Source: an uncultured delta proteobacterium (GTDB lineage Bacteria; Myxococcota; Myxococcia; Myxococcales; Myxococcaceae). From it: a DNA stretch of 64,000 nucleotides. The translations under genes and the position numbers were made by a program. This document shows, piece by piece, positions 40,520-51,364 of this stretch (the stretch's first letter is position 1; the number at the start of each line of letters is the position of its first letter). The notes under the pieces are model-generated. The model did no database searches and was not told the DNA's origin. It saw nothing but the letters and a program-made list of their open reading frames with translations. The stretch spans positions 107,011 through 171,010 of the forward strand of contig CAVYSY010000002.1 of NCBI GenBank assembly GCA_963771175.1, read 5' to 3'.

Positions 40520-43506
40520 GCCGCGCTCCCGCTTCCGGTGTTGCGGACCTTCGCGAGGTACGTGACGGCCGGCCCGATGTTGAGCTCCTCGAGCACCCGG
40601 TAGGCGCGCCCGCTCTTCGCCAGCTTCGCCACGTCGCTCTTCGGGTCGTTCAGGTCGCCGAAGGGATGGCCTCCGCCGGGCAGCTCTGCTGGCAGGCGGT
40701 GCGGATCTCGCCGTCGCGCGACCGCCCGGCCCTCGCGCTTCGCCGCGGCCTTGCCCTCCTGGATGCGCTGCACGCAGCAGCGAGCACTTCTCCATCACGC
40801 CGCGCGTGCGCACCGTCACGTCCGGGTTGAGCACCATGCGCTCGAGCGGGCTCGTCGTGCTTGTAGTCGAACCAGTTGAAGCGGCGGACCTTGTAGGGGC
40901 AGTTGTTGGCGCAGTAGCGGGTGCCGACGCAGCGGTTGTAGACCTGCTGGTTGAGGCCCTCGCTCGCGTGCACCGTGGCGAGCACCGGGCAGACCGTCTC
41001 GCACGGGCGCGTTCTCGCAGTGCTGGCACATCATCGGCTGGTGCACCACCTCGGGGCTCGTCCGGCTCGCCCGCGTAGTAGCGGTCGATGCGCATCCAGT
41101 GCATCTCGCGGCTGCGGCGCACCTCGTCCTCGCCCACGACCGGGATGTTGTTCTCCGCCTGGCAGGCGACCACGCACGCCGAGCAGCCCGTGCAGGCGCT
41201 CAGGTCGACCGCCATGCCCCAGCGGTGGCCCTTGTACTCGTGACCGGACCAGATGGAGAGCGGGTGACCACCGCCATGCCCCTCGTCCGCCTCGTTGCCC
41301 GCGCGCGGGTTGGCGAGGAACGCCGCCAGCTCGGCCTCGCGCACGAGCGGACGGCCCTCCATCGAGGCGTGCGTCTGGGAGAGGGCGAGCTGCCGGTGCT
41401 CGGGCGTCACCTGGAGCTTGCACCCCGTGCGCCGTGCGGCGCACCTTCCCGTCGACAACAGAGGCCAGGCCGAAGGCGTTCTCCCCCACTGCGTTCGCCG
41501 ATACGTCCCGACCTTCGTGCGGCCGTAACCCATGGCCAGGCCCAGCGCCCGCGGATGCGTGCCCGGCTGCACCAGCGCCGGCACCGCCGAGCGTCTTCTC
41601 CCCGGCGCGCACCTGCACCACCTGCCCGTCGCTGATGCCCAGCTTCGAGGCGCGTGGAAGGCGCCACACAGAGGTAGTTGCCCCAGGTGGCCTTGGTGAT
41701 CGGGTCCGGCATTTCCTGCAGCCAGCCGTTGTTGGCCAGCGCGCCGTCCCTCAGGGCCACCTTTTGATACAGAACCAGTTCGTACTCACCCGCCGCCGCG
41801 GCCGTGCCCGCCAGCGCCGCCGCCACGCTCTCGGGGCGGAACGCGGGGGCCTCGTGGTCGCGGGCTGAGGCAGCACCACCACCACGCCCTGGCGCACGGC
41901 CTCGTCCCAGAAGGACTGGAAGCCCGTGGCCACGTTCGCGCGAGGGAAGACCTCGGCCTCCCAGCGGGCGCGCAGGAAGTCGTAGTGCGACTGCTCCACC
42001 CCCGCCCACTTCGAGCAGGGACTCCACCGCGCCGCGCGTGTCGTGCAGCGGGGACACCGCCGGCTGGCGCAGGCTCAGCACTCCGCGCCGGGGCTCGGCA
42101 TCGCCCCAGGACTCCAGCGAGGTGTGGTCCGGCGCGAGGAAGCGCACCAGCGAGGCCGTCTCGTCGAGCCGGTCGCTCGTGGCCACCGTCAGCGCCACGT
42201 CCTTCGAGCAGGCCCGCCAGCGCCTCGCCCTGGGGATGCGCGTAGGCCGGGTTGACGCCGTGGAAGAGGACGGCGCCCACCTGCTTCGCCTCCAGCTCGG
42301 CGAGCAGCTCGCCGAAGGTCATCGCCGCCTCGTCCAGGGTGAGGCCCCCCGACACGGAGACGGTGGTGCCCGCGTTGCCGAGCAGCTCGTTGGCCAGGTT
42401 GGCGAGCACCTGGGCGGCGGGCTCGTCGCCGCCACACACCACCAGGGCCTTGCTCCTGCGCGGCCCACAGCGTCGCGGCCAGCGTCGTCCAGCACTTCGG
42501 CGGCGAGCTCCGGGGCGGGCTCTCCTCCGAGGCCCACCACGGAGCGGCCAGCCATCCCCGCCAGCCGGCGCACCAGCCCGGCCAGCGCGGGCACCACATC
42601 CGACGGAGCCACCGGCACGCGCTTGTCGGCGCTCGAGCCCGTCAGCGTCATCAGCGGCTCGAACTGCCAGTGCCGCGACATCTCGCGCTTGCCGGCCGCG
42701 TTGCGGCCCTCGGTGTACTGGCGGGTGAAGGCCACCGGAGACACCCAGGTCCCCAGGAAGTCCGCGCCGAAGCTGGCGATGACCTTCGCGTTGTCGAAGC
42801 GGTAGTCCGGCACCACGCGCACGCCGTGCGTGAGGCGGTGGGCCTCGGCGATGGCCTCCAGCTCGCCGGTGGAGTCGAAGCGCACCGTGCGCGCGGTGGG
42901 GAAGGCGGCCAGGAAGCGCGCCACGGCGGCCTCGGCGGTGGGCCCCAGCACCCACGGGAGGACGAGCCGGATGGCCTTCCCCTCCTCCGCCACCTTGCGC
43001 AGCCCCTCCGTCACGGCCTTGTCCAGGTCCGCCCACGCGGCCTTCGTCCCGCCCACGGCCGGCCCGCGCGAGCGGTTGGCGTCATAGAGGGACAGCACGG
43101 AGGCCTGGCCCATGGCGCACACGCCACCGCGAGAGAGCGGGTGCTCCTCGTTGCCCTCCACCTTGATGGGGCGACCGTCGCGAGTCTTCAGCAGCACGCC
43201 ACAGCCGGCACTGCACGCACCACAGGTGGACGCGTACCAGAGGGAGAGGCCCGGGGTGAGCTCGTCCGGCTTCGCGATGAAGGGCATCGCCTTCTGCACG
43301 GGGGCGCGCTGGCAGGCCACCATGGCCGCCGCGGCGCTCAGGCCCATCACCTTGAAGAAGTCACGGCGCGAGCTCTGGTCGGGCGCCTGGGCCGCCACGC
43401 CCACGGGGAGCTCCTCGGCGAACTCGTTGCGGGACTGCTCGAGCAGGGCCGGCTCTCCGGCACGCGCGGCCAGGCTCTGCCAGTACTTGGGTGTCGTCTC
43501 GGACAT
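40516..43506 (-). CDS. actB: Alternative complex III subunit B (molybdopterin-oxidoreductase-like + FeS), frameshifted
   Basis: [16 protein letters not shown]at-variant signal, [62 protein letters not shown]. Confidence 0.93.
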
Positions 43507-43518
43507 GGTGCGCGTTCC

Positions 43519-44146
43519 TCAGCGGTGGCAGCCGGAGCAGTCGGTGGGGGGAGTCAGGGTGCGAGGTGCCGGAGCGACGGGCGCGGTGGCCGAGGGCACT
43601 CCCGACGCGGAGGCCATCAGCACACCGGATGCCAACGGCGGCACGGGGGCCTTCGCCTGCGACTCCTCCGTCTTGCGGTGGCAGTCCAGGCACCAGCCCA
43701 TCGTCATCGGCTCCACCTGCTCCAGCCGCACCATCTCCTGCACCGGGCCGTGGCACGTCTGGCACTCCAGCCCCGCGGTGACGTGGTTCGCGTGGTTGAA
43801 GTACGCATGGTCCGGCAGCCGGTGGACCCTCACCCACTCGATGGGCTTGCTCTCCTTCACGGCCTTGGCGAGCTTCTGAATCTCCGGCGAGTCCGTCTTC
43901 ACCTGGGTGTGGCAGTTCATGCACACGCCCGCGTGGCGGAATGCCGGCATGCCGACTCTTCTCCGCGCCCACGTGGCAGTACTGGCAGTCGATCTCGTAG
44001 TGGCCCGCGTGCACCGCGTGCGAGAACGCGATGGGCTGCTCGGGCGTGTAGTTCTGGTTGTTGTTCACCGGCGTGGTGTCACAGCCGCCCATCGCGAGGG
44101 CGGCCAGCACGCCGGAGAGCAGCGAGGCTCGGGTCGAGTCGATCAT
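43519..44146 (-). CDS. actA: Alternative complex III pentaheme cytochrome c subunit A, frameshifted
   Basis: QPIAFSHAVHAG, CQYCH, CMNCH, CQTCH, MGWCLDCH, CSGCH. Confidence 0.9.
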
Positions 44147-44150
44147 CGAG

Positions 44151-44801
44151 TCAAATCCCGCCTTGGCCGGCGGTCTCCTCTCGGGTGGACACGAGGGTGG
44201 GCGCGGACTCGGCGGAGGCCAGCCAGCGGGTGAGCGGCCAGGCGAGCAACAGCGCGAGCACGCCGAAGAGGTGCATCCGCACGGTGAGCGGGAGCTGGGC
44301 GATGAGCGTCGCGTCCGGCTGGAGCATCACCAACGAGCGCAGGTACGGCACCACCACGCTCACGTACCAGGCGGAGGCCCAGCGGTACTCCACGGCGATG
44401 TAGAGGCCGTTGAGCACCTCGGCCAGCAGCAGCACCTGGAAGGCCAGCCACGCCCGAGCGCCGGTCGCACGGCTCGACAGCTTCCGGGAGATGCTCGCCA
44501 ACAGGCCCCAGGCCAGCATCATCCCGCCGATGAGGCCCACCAACTCCAGGAAGAAGAGGCGCGCGGGCGAGCGGATGAAGAGCCCCACCGGTTGCGGCAG
44601 GAGGAAACAGGCCGCGTGCCACAGCAGCATGATGGCGGCGCCCAACACCAGGGCCACGGCGGCCGAGCCGGTGCCCTCGCGCTCCACCCACCGCATCACC
44701 CAGGCGGAGGCGCGCTCACGGTTGCGCAGCAAGGCCGGCACGCCGAGGGCGAGGACCAGCACCACGTACGGAAGGGAATCGTAGAGGAACGTGTCGCTCA
44801 C
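44151..44801 (-). CDS. NarI-like (nitrate reductase gamma) membrane cytochrome b
   Basis: FLYDSLPYVVL, LLWH, RWASAWY..VVPYLRSL..LQPD, VRMH...WPLTR; five TM-like segments. Confidence 0.75.
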   Translation of the reverse strand: MSDTFLYDSLPYVVLVLALGVPALLRNRERASAWVMRWVEREGTGSAAVALVLGAAIMLLWHAACFLLPQPVGLFIRSPARLFFLELVGLIGGMMLAWGLLASISRKLSSRATGARAWLAFQVLLLAEVLNGLYIAVEYRWASAWYVSVVVPYLRSLVMLQPDATLIAQLPLTVRMHLFGVLALLLAWPLTRWLASAESAPTLVSTREETAGQGGI

Positions 44802-45646
44802 TTGTCGCCTCGCTCTCCGTCCTTCGAGCGACCACGGCCGCCCAGGACGATGCCGATGAACCCCAGCGCGACGCCCAGCCCCACGAAGCCCAGGTAGAAG
44901 AAGTCCCGGTCCTTGCGCGGCGGCGTGCCGTCACGCGAGACGTTCGCCAGGTACGCCTTGAGGTCGTACTGCTCCGCGTCCGTCAGCGGCGCCTTCTCGT
45001 AGAGCTCCTTCATCAGGGGGAAGGACATCTCCTTGAGAGCGGGCGTCATCTTCCGCTCGCCCAGCCGCGCGAAGGAGAAGGTCAGGTCGCGCGCCAGCGT
45101 GCCGCCGCCCACCACGCCGATGCCGCGCACGTTGTGGCAGCCGATGCACGCCGGGCCGCCATTGGCCAGTGCCACCTGCCCCTCGAAGAGCCGCCGGCCG
45201 TGCTCGATCTCCTCGGGCGTGGCGTCCAACGCCAGCTTCGGCCCGGTGGCTCCCGGCTGGCAGCTCCCCTTCTCGGTACATTCACGGAAGTAGGCGAACA
45301 GGCCCGCGCGCTCGGCGTCGGAGAGCTGCTGGTCCGGCATCCGGATGCCGTTGAACTTCTGGAGGAGCTCGTTGGCCACCGGATCGCCACCGTCGATCAT
45401 GGCGCCCGGGCTCTTGAGGAACTCGGTGACCCAGGACTCCTCGCGGCGAGTCAGCACGCCCATCAGGTCCGGGCCCACCCGGTCTCCCTGACCCACGGTG
45501 TGGCAGCTCGCGCACCGCTGGGTGAAGAGCTGCGCCCCCTCGGTCACGCCCTGCGCGGCCGCGGGCAGGCCAACGAGCAGCGCCAGCAAGGCGGGAACGG
45601 CGACCGGTGTTCGCATCCGGCGTCGGCTCGGGACGTGTGTACGCAT
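44798..45646 (-). CDS. Diheme cytochrome c with C-terminal membrane anchor
   Basis: Signal peptide, CASCH..G.GDRVGPDL, CIGCH, C-terminal TM FFYLGFVGLGVALGFIGIV. Confidence 0.88.
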   Translation of the reverse strand: MRTHVPSRRRMRTPVAVPALLALLVGLPAAAQGVTEGAQLFTQRCASCHTVGQGDRVGPDLMGVLTRREESWVTEFLKSPGAMIDGGDPVANELLQKFNGIRMPDQQLSDAERAGLFAYFRECTEKGSCQPGATGPKLALDATPEEIEHGRRLFEGQVALANGGPACIGCHNVRGIGVVGGGTLARDLTFSFARLGERKMTPALKEMSFPLMKELYEKAPLTDAEQYDLKAYLANVSRDGTPPRKDRDFFYLGFVGLGVALGFIGIVLGGRGRSKDGERGDK

Positions 45647-45707
45647 CGCGGCGTGCCCCTCCGTGAGACAAGAGCCCGGACACCTCGTCCGGCGCGCCGC
45701 GCCGCAT

Positions 45708-45723
45708 TGCAACCACAGGGCCA
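45708..45723 (-). promoter_or_regulatory. Putative sigma54 promoter for the cyt c-NarI-like-actABCDEF operon
   Basis: Minus strand TGGCCCT-GTGG-TTGCA. Confidence 0.65.
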
Positions 45724-45779
45724 GCAGCCGGGCGGACACGCCCCAGAGGGAACGCGTTCACCCTCGCGAAGTGTCAGCT

Positions 45780-45825
45780 GCGCAGCATTTGCGCCGCTCC
45801 GCCCACCAGCGCGCAGCATTTACCG
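45780..45825. promoter_or_regulatory. GCGCA-N5-TGCGC box plus a second partial copy (NmpR-like activator sites)
   Basis: GCGCA-GCATT-TGCGC at 45780..45794; GCGCAGCATTT repeated at 45811..45821, 31 bp downstream. Confidence 0.6.
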
Positions 45826-45894
45826 CGCGCTCCCTCGGGACGCAGGGGGCGCATCGCTTGCAGAGCGCCGGGCCTCACAAGGACCTCCACTTTT

Positions 45895-47854
45895 ATGAGC
45901 ACGCACCCCCGCCCGGACTCTTCTTCGCCCGCATCTTCTAGATCTCGGCGCCCTCTTCCTGGGCCCCAAGGGAGAGAACGCCGACATCTTCGAGCGCCTG
46001 TTGCTCGAGGCCTTCCGCGACCACGTCTTCTGGCGGCGCAACCTCCATCCCGAGGATGGCTTCTTGATTCAAGAAGCGGAGAAGCGCGCACCGGGCTACG
46101 AGGACTCGCTCTCGGTGCTCTCGCAGGAGCTGATGGGGCTGCTGGGCCAGCTCAAGGGAGGCGTGCCCTTCTTCAGCCCCCGCTACATCGGGCACATGTG
46201 CTCGGACCTCACGATGGCGAGCCTCATCGGCTACTTCGCCACGATGCTCTACAACCCCAACAACGTGTCGGCGGAGGCCTCGCCGGTGACGACGCGGTTG
46301 GAGCTGGAGGTGGCCGAGCAGCTCGCGCGGATGGTGGGCTACGCGCCGGAGCGGCAGTGGGGGCACCTCACCTCGGGCGGCACGGTGGCCAACTTCGAGG
46401 CCCTCTGGGTCGCGCGCAACGTGAAGTACCTCCCGGTGGCGCTGCGGCACGCCGCGGCGGAGGCGGGCCTGAAGGGGTTGGAGGTGCGGCTGCCGGATGG
46501 ACGGGAGACGAACCTGCGCGAGCTGAGCCTGTGGCAGCTCCTCAATGTGGCCCCCGAGGCCGCGCTGGATGCGCTGGACCAATTCCGGGTCCAGGTGGGG
46601 GACGCGGGCCGGGCCCTGGAGCTGGTGACGCGTCACTCGCTGGCGGGGCTGGGCTACCAGGAGTTCGGCCTGCGGCTGGCGTCCGAGTTCAAGGATGCCC
46701 TGCCACCTGGCGTGGTGCTGGTGCCGTCCACGGCGCACTACTCGTGGGAGAAGACGTGCCGGACGCTGGGCATCGGGGCGAGGCAGCTCATCCACGTGCC
46801 GGTGGACACGCACTTCCGCATGTCGCCCGCGGCGCTGGAGGACACGCTGCGCACGCTGGCGGTGCGTCGGCAGCCGGTCATCGCCTGCGTGGCCGTGATG
46901 GGCTCCACCGAGGAGAGCGCGGTGGACCGGTTGGATCTGCTCGCGGAGCTGCGGGAGCGGCTGGGCCGGGAGCTGGGGCTGGCGTTCCACCTGCACGCGG
47001 ACGCGGCCTGGGGCGGCTACGCGGCCTCCATCACCCGGAGGGCGGACGGCGAGCGCCGCACCTATGAGGAGACGCTCGCGGACTACGCGCCGGAGGCGTG
47101 GCCCACGGAGGGCGTGTACCGCGCCCTGTGCGCGCTGGAGCGGACGGACTCGGTCACCATTGATCCGCACAAGCTGGGCTACATGCCCTACCCGGCGGGC
47201 AGCATCACGTTCCGGGACAAGCGGGTGCGGGAGTTGGTGTCGGTGGAGGCGCCGTACCTCTTCCACGCGGGCGGGCACGAGAGCGCCTACCTGGGCCGCT
47301 CCATCTTCGAGGGCTCCAAGCCGGGCGCGGCGGCGGCGGGCGTGTGGATGAGCCACAAGGTCCTGCCCCTGAACGCCAGTGGGTACGGGCGGCTGGTGGG
47401 CGAGACGGCGAAGGGGACCATGGCCTTGCACCGGCGCATCGCCAGTGGGGACTGGGCGCCCTTCAAGGTGGTGTCGCTACCGCCGTCGGACCTGAACATC
47501 GTCTGCTTCGCGGTGGGGCACCCGTCGCTGGAGACGTTGGAGCGGACCAATGACTTCATGGACCGCATCTACCGGGCGCTGAGCGTGGGCCCGGACACCC
47601 TGAAGCGCCCGGACTACTACGTGACGAAGACGGTGCTGCGCGCGAACGAGTACGGACGCGCGGCCCTGCCCACGGTGGAGGGGCTCGGCTTCACCCACGC
47701 GGACTACGACCGGGCCGGCGGGGTGGCCGTGCTGCGTTGCACGGTGATGGACCCGTTCCTGGCCTCGCGCCGAGGGAAGGTGGACTACATCCGCGGCTTC
47801 ATCCAGACGCTGGGCGAGGTGATGCGAACGGAACTGGAGACCACCCGCCGCTGA
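45895..47854 (+). CDS. Group II PLP-dependent decarboxylase (tyrosine decarboxylase-like), frameshift near 5' end
   Basis: FLGPKGEN, PRYIGHM, YNPNNV, GGTVANFEALW, HADAAWGGY, SVTIDPHKLGY (PLP lysine). Confidence 0.9.
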
Positions 47855-47938
47855 GCGGCTGACAATGGGAGCCGCCCCAGGGGGGCAACAGGCTGCTGCC
47901 CCTCCTCTTCTGGCAACCAGGGACCGCGTTCCCCGCGG

Positions 47939-48334
47939 TCAGAGATAGACGCCGCTCAACAGGCCACGGCCGATGGCGAAGATGCCGCCAGCGATCAGCA
48001 GCAGCGCCCCGCCCACTCCAATGAGGGGCAGCACGTAACCGGGGTTGGGGCTCTTACGGTTCTTCACCAGCAGCACGTGGGCCAGAGCAGTAGCCAGCAC
48101 CATCATCACGATGTGCCCGATGAGCGCCGGGTAGTAGCGGCCCATGGCCACGGCGATGATGCCGAGCAGGATCTGCGTGTCGAGCAGGCCCGCGAAGCTG
48201 GAGCCCAGGATGCGGACGGACTTGTCCACCGGCCGCTTCGTGGCGAGCCCGAAGGCGAACCAGGCGACGGCGACGACGCCCACGAGCAGCACGAGATAGC
48301 GCAGGTACGAATGGATGGAGAGAAGGGTGTTCAT
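47939..48334 (-). CDS. Small 4-TM membrane protein
   Basis: HSYLRYLVL, DTQILLG, GHIVMMVLA..AH; hydrophobic throughout. Confidence 0.75.
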   Translation of the reverse strand: MNTLLSIHSYLRYLVLLVGVVAVAWFAFGLATKRPVDKSVRILGSSFAGLLDTQILLGIIAVAMGRYYPALIGHIVMMVLATALAHVLLVKNRKSPNPGYVLPLIGVGGALLLIAGGIFAIGRGLLSGVYL

Positions 48335-48377
48335 GGACCCCCTCTCCTAGCGCCCCCCTGGCCGGGAGGCGAGAGCT

Positions 48378-49487
48378 TTACGTCGGATCCGGCTTCGGGG
48401 TGGTGCGCGTGCTCGGCGGGAGCTCGGGAGCCGAGACCAGCCCGTCCCCGGGCAGCTCGCCGGTGAGGCTCTTGAGGAAGGCCACGATGTCGTCCACCTC
48501 GGCGTCGGAGAAGCTCATGCCGAGCTGGTGCTTCGCCATGAGGCGCACGGCCTCGGGCAGCTCCTTGACGGAGCCGTCGTGGAACCAGGGCCCCGTCTTC
48601 TCCACGTTGCGCAGGGTGGGCACGCGGAACTTGTGCAGGTCCTCCTCGTTCTTCGTCACCTCGAAGCGGCCCTTGTCCTCGGTGGGGTAGTCCTCGATGA
48701 CGCCCAGCTTCTGGAAGGAGGTACCACCCACCGCCGGCCCGTTGTGGCACGTCGTGCAGCCCGAGGAGGCGAAGAGCTCCAACCCGCGCCGCTCCTGCTC
48801 GGTGAGGGCCGTCTGGTCCCCCGCGAGGAACTTGTCGAAGCGCGAGCTGGTGAGGAGCTTGCGCTCGAAGGCGGCGATGGCGCGCGCGGCGTTGCCCACG
48901 CTGACGGGCTTCTTGTCACTGGGGAAGGCCGCCTTGAACTCGTTCACGTACTGCGGCATGGAGTTGAGCGTGGCCAGGACGAGCTTCTCGCCCGGCATGG
49001 CCATCTCCACCGGGTTCATCATCGGGCCCTAGGCCTGCTCCTCGAGCGTGGCGGCGCGCCCGTCCCAGAACTGGGCCACGTGGCCCGCGGCGTGGAAGAC
49101 GGTGGGGGCGTTGCGGCTGCCCTTCTGGCCCTTGTGGCCCTCGGAGGTGGCCTTGCCATCCACGCCGAAGGTCGCCAGGTCATGGCAGCTGTTGCAGGAG
49201 ATGTCGTGGTTCTTCGACAGCCGCTTCTCGAAGAAGAGCTTGTGCCCGAGCGTCACCTGCTCCGCGGTGTCCGCCGGCCTGGCGGCAGCCTTGGCGGCGG
49301 CGGGCAGGCGGAAGAAGGAGACGATCTTCTCGTAGCCCATGGTGGGCTTCGGCGGCTCCGGCGCGGCGGCGGGCTCGGGCGCGGCCGGAGCGGCGGCGGT
49401 GGGCGCGGGCGGCGGAGACTCGCGGCTGCAGGAGAAGGTGCCCAGGGACAGCAGTCCGAGACCGAGCAAGAGCCGATTCCGCGTCAT
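48378..49487 (-). pseudogene. Diheme cytochrome c peroxidase (lipoprotein), interrupted by in-frame TAG at 49029..49031
   Basis: [67 protein letters not shown]. Confidence 0.8.
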
Positions 49488-50048
49488 CTACCAACCTCCC
49501 AGGAGGAGCAACGTCACGGACGAGGTCCTACCACCACCGAGCCTCCCTTGTGGAATTGCCCTCCCCTCCGCGGAAAGGGCCAGGGTGAGACGCATCTCGA
49601 CAGGGAGCCCTGCCCCGCCCTGCTGGAAAGCAGGCTCCCGGGCGAGCCCCACCGCTCCGAACCCCGTGGAAGCGGGCGCCTCCCGGTGGAAGAAGAGCCG
49701 GTCGACGGCCCAGGACAGGCCGAGCCCGGTGGCCGTCCCCACCACGTCCCAGGTGAGGTCCTTGAAGGAGAAGAAGCTCCCGCGCCCGGCGTCGTAGAGT
49801 TCCTTCCCAATCCCCGCCCCGAGCGCCACCCCGGCGCCGGTGAGCCAGCGTGTCCCGGGCGCGTCGAAGAGCAGGGCCCCACCGGCATACCCCGCGCCGG
49901 CCAGGCCCGCGCTGACGCCGAAGTGCAGCGCCTTGTCCTGGGCGAACCAGTCGTCCCGGGAGGCAATCTCGGGCTCCTCGCCCCGGGCGGAGAGCGGCGC
50001 GAGCAAACACAGGCACAGCACGGCCAGGAGGTTTTCACGGGAAGTCAT
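49488..50048 (-). CDS. YfiM-like (DUF2279-related) protein
   Basis: DDWFAQDKALHFGVSA...GIGKELYD....FSFKDLTWDVVG. Confidence 0.75.
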   Translation of the reverse strand: MTSRENLLAVLCLCLLAPLSARGEEPEIASRDDWFAQDKALHFGVSAGLAGAGYAGGALLFDAPGTRWLTGAGVALGAGIGKELYDAGRGSFFSFKDLTWDVVGTATGLGLSWAVDRLFFHREAPASTGFGAVGLAREPAFQQGGAGLPVEMRLTLALSAEGRAIPQGRLGGGRTSSVTLLLLGGW

Positions 50049-50169
50049 GAAAAACCATGACAGCACCTCGTGCCCCCCGCGTCACCCACGGAGGCGCGGG
50101 CCCCCCGAGCCGGCCCCCGTCCCGGCAGTTCTTAGACGAGCGGCTCGCCTGCACGTATGCTCGGGACTC

Positions 50170-51285
50170 GTGACCCGACCTGGCACTTCGCTTTTCGACC
50201 TTGGCAGGCCCTCCTCCCGCCATCCCGGACTCGACGGGGCACGAGGATTGGCCGTGGTGGCGATGGTGTTGGGGCACACGCTGGACGCGCTGCTCGCCCC
50301 CGAGGTGCGCGCCTACCCGTGGGTGCAGCGCTACTGGGAGCTGCGCGGCATCACCGCGCCCCTCTTCCTCCTGGTGGCCGGCTTCGCGGTGGTGGCCGCG
50401 CTCGGCACCGCGAAGCAGAGCGCGGGCGAGTCCTTCGGCCGCCGCGCGCGGAGGGCGACGCTGCTGCTCTTCCTCGGCTACCTCATACACTGGCCGGGCT
50501 GGGACACCGTCCACGCACTCGGCTGGGGCGTGGAGCTGCGCTCGCGCCTCTTCGCCTTCGACGCGCTGCAGAGCATCGCCGTGAGCCTGCTGGTGGGCGC
50601 GGCCGTGCTCGTGCTGGCGCGCGGCACCTGGACGCGGGCCATGGTGCTCGCCCTGCTGGCCGTGGGCATCCCCCTGGCTAGCCCCTGGATGTGGAACGCC
50701 GCCACGGCCTGGCCCGTGGAGCTGCAGCAGGCGGTGGGCGTACCGGGCTCGCGCTTCCCGCTCTTCCCGTGGGCGGGCTTCTTCTTCGCCGGGGCGCTCG
50801 CGGCCCATCTGATGCGGCTGCTCAGGCCCGGCGGGCCCCAGGGCCTGGCCCTGCTGGCGCTCGGTGGGGGGCTGATGCTGCTCATCCAGCGGCTGCCCTC
50901 GGACTGGAGCCCCACCAGCGCGTGGCTCGTGGCCTTCCGCGTGGGCGAGGGCCTCCTGGTGCTGGGCGTGGTCAATCTGCTGCCCCAGGTGCTCACCCGG
51001 CCGCTGGCGCCGCTGGGCCGCGCCTCCCTGTGGCTCTACGTGCTGCACCTGCCGGTGGTGTACGGCTGGGCCGGTATAGCGGGCCTGGCCGGGCGCGTGG
51101 GCCCCACGCTGGGGCTGCTGCCCGCCCTGGCGATTGGCTTCGGGCTGCTCGCGGTGTGCTTCGCCATCGCCCGCCTGGTGCGGATGGTGCGCGGGGAGGG
51201 CCGCCGCCCCGCGGACGCCCCGGCGTGGCGCGCCCGTCCCGTGCCGATGAACGGGGCCACGCTGCGCTCTGGCCAGCGCATCTGA
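50170..51285 (+). CDS. Membrane acyltransferase-like protein (DUF1624/HGSNAT-like)
   Basis: LDGARGLAVVAMVLGH, APLFLLVAG, FDALQSI, FPLFPWAGF, LGRASLWLYVLH. Confidence 0.8.
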   Translation: MTRPGTSLFDLGRPSSRHPGLDGARGLAVVAMVLGHTLDALLAPEVRAYPWVQRYWELRGITAPLFLLVAGFAVVAALGTAKQSAGESFGRRARRATLLLFLGYLIHWPGWDTVHALGWGVELRSRLFAFDALQSIAVSLLVGAAVLVLARGTWTRAMVLALLAVGIPLASPWMWNAATAWPVELQQAVGVPGSRFPLFPWAGFFFAGALAAHLMRLLRPGGPQGLALLALGGGLMLLIQRLPSDWSPTSAWLVAFRVGEGLLVLGVVNLLPQVLTRPLAPLGRASLWLYVLHLPVVYGWAGIAGLAGRVGPTLGLLPALAIGFGLLAVCFAIARLVRMVRGEGRRPADAPAWRARPVPMNGATLRSGQRI

Positions 51286-51364
51286 GAAACATTTTTACTT
51301 CAGTCATCCAGGCGGGCTAGATGCGCGGCGCTTACTTTCCTACTGGCAGTTCAAGCGAGGAATC

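Noticed and set aside
27569..44146. Programmed frameshifting or true pseudogenisation of the cco/act genes
   Set aside because: Indels are too many, lack slippery sites and come without substitutional decay; sequencing error is more parsimonious.
44151..44801. Respiratory nitrate reductase operon
   Set aside because: No narG/H/J; the gene sits inside the ACIII operon.
49029..49031. Pyrrolysine or other stop-codon recoding at the amber codon
   Set aside because: No pyl genes in the window, TAG ends other genes normally, and the position is not catalytic.
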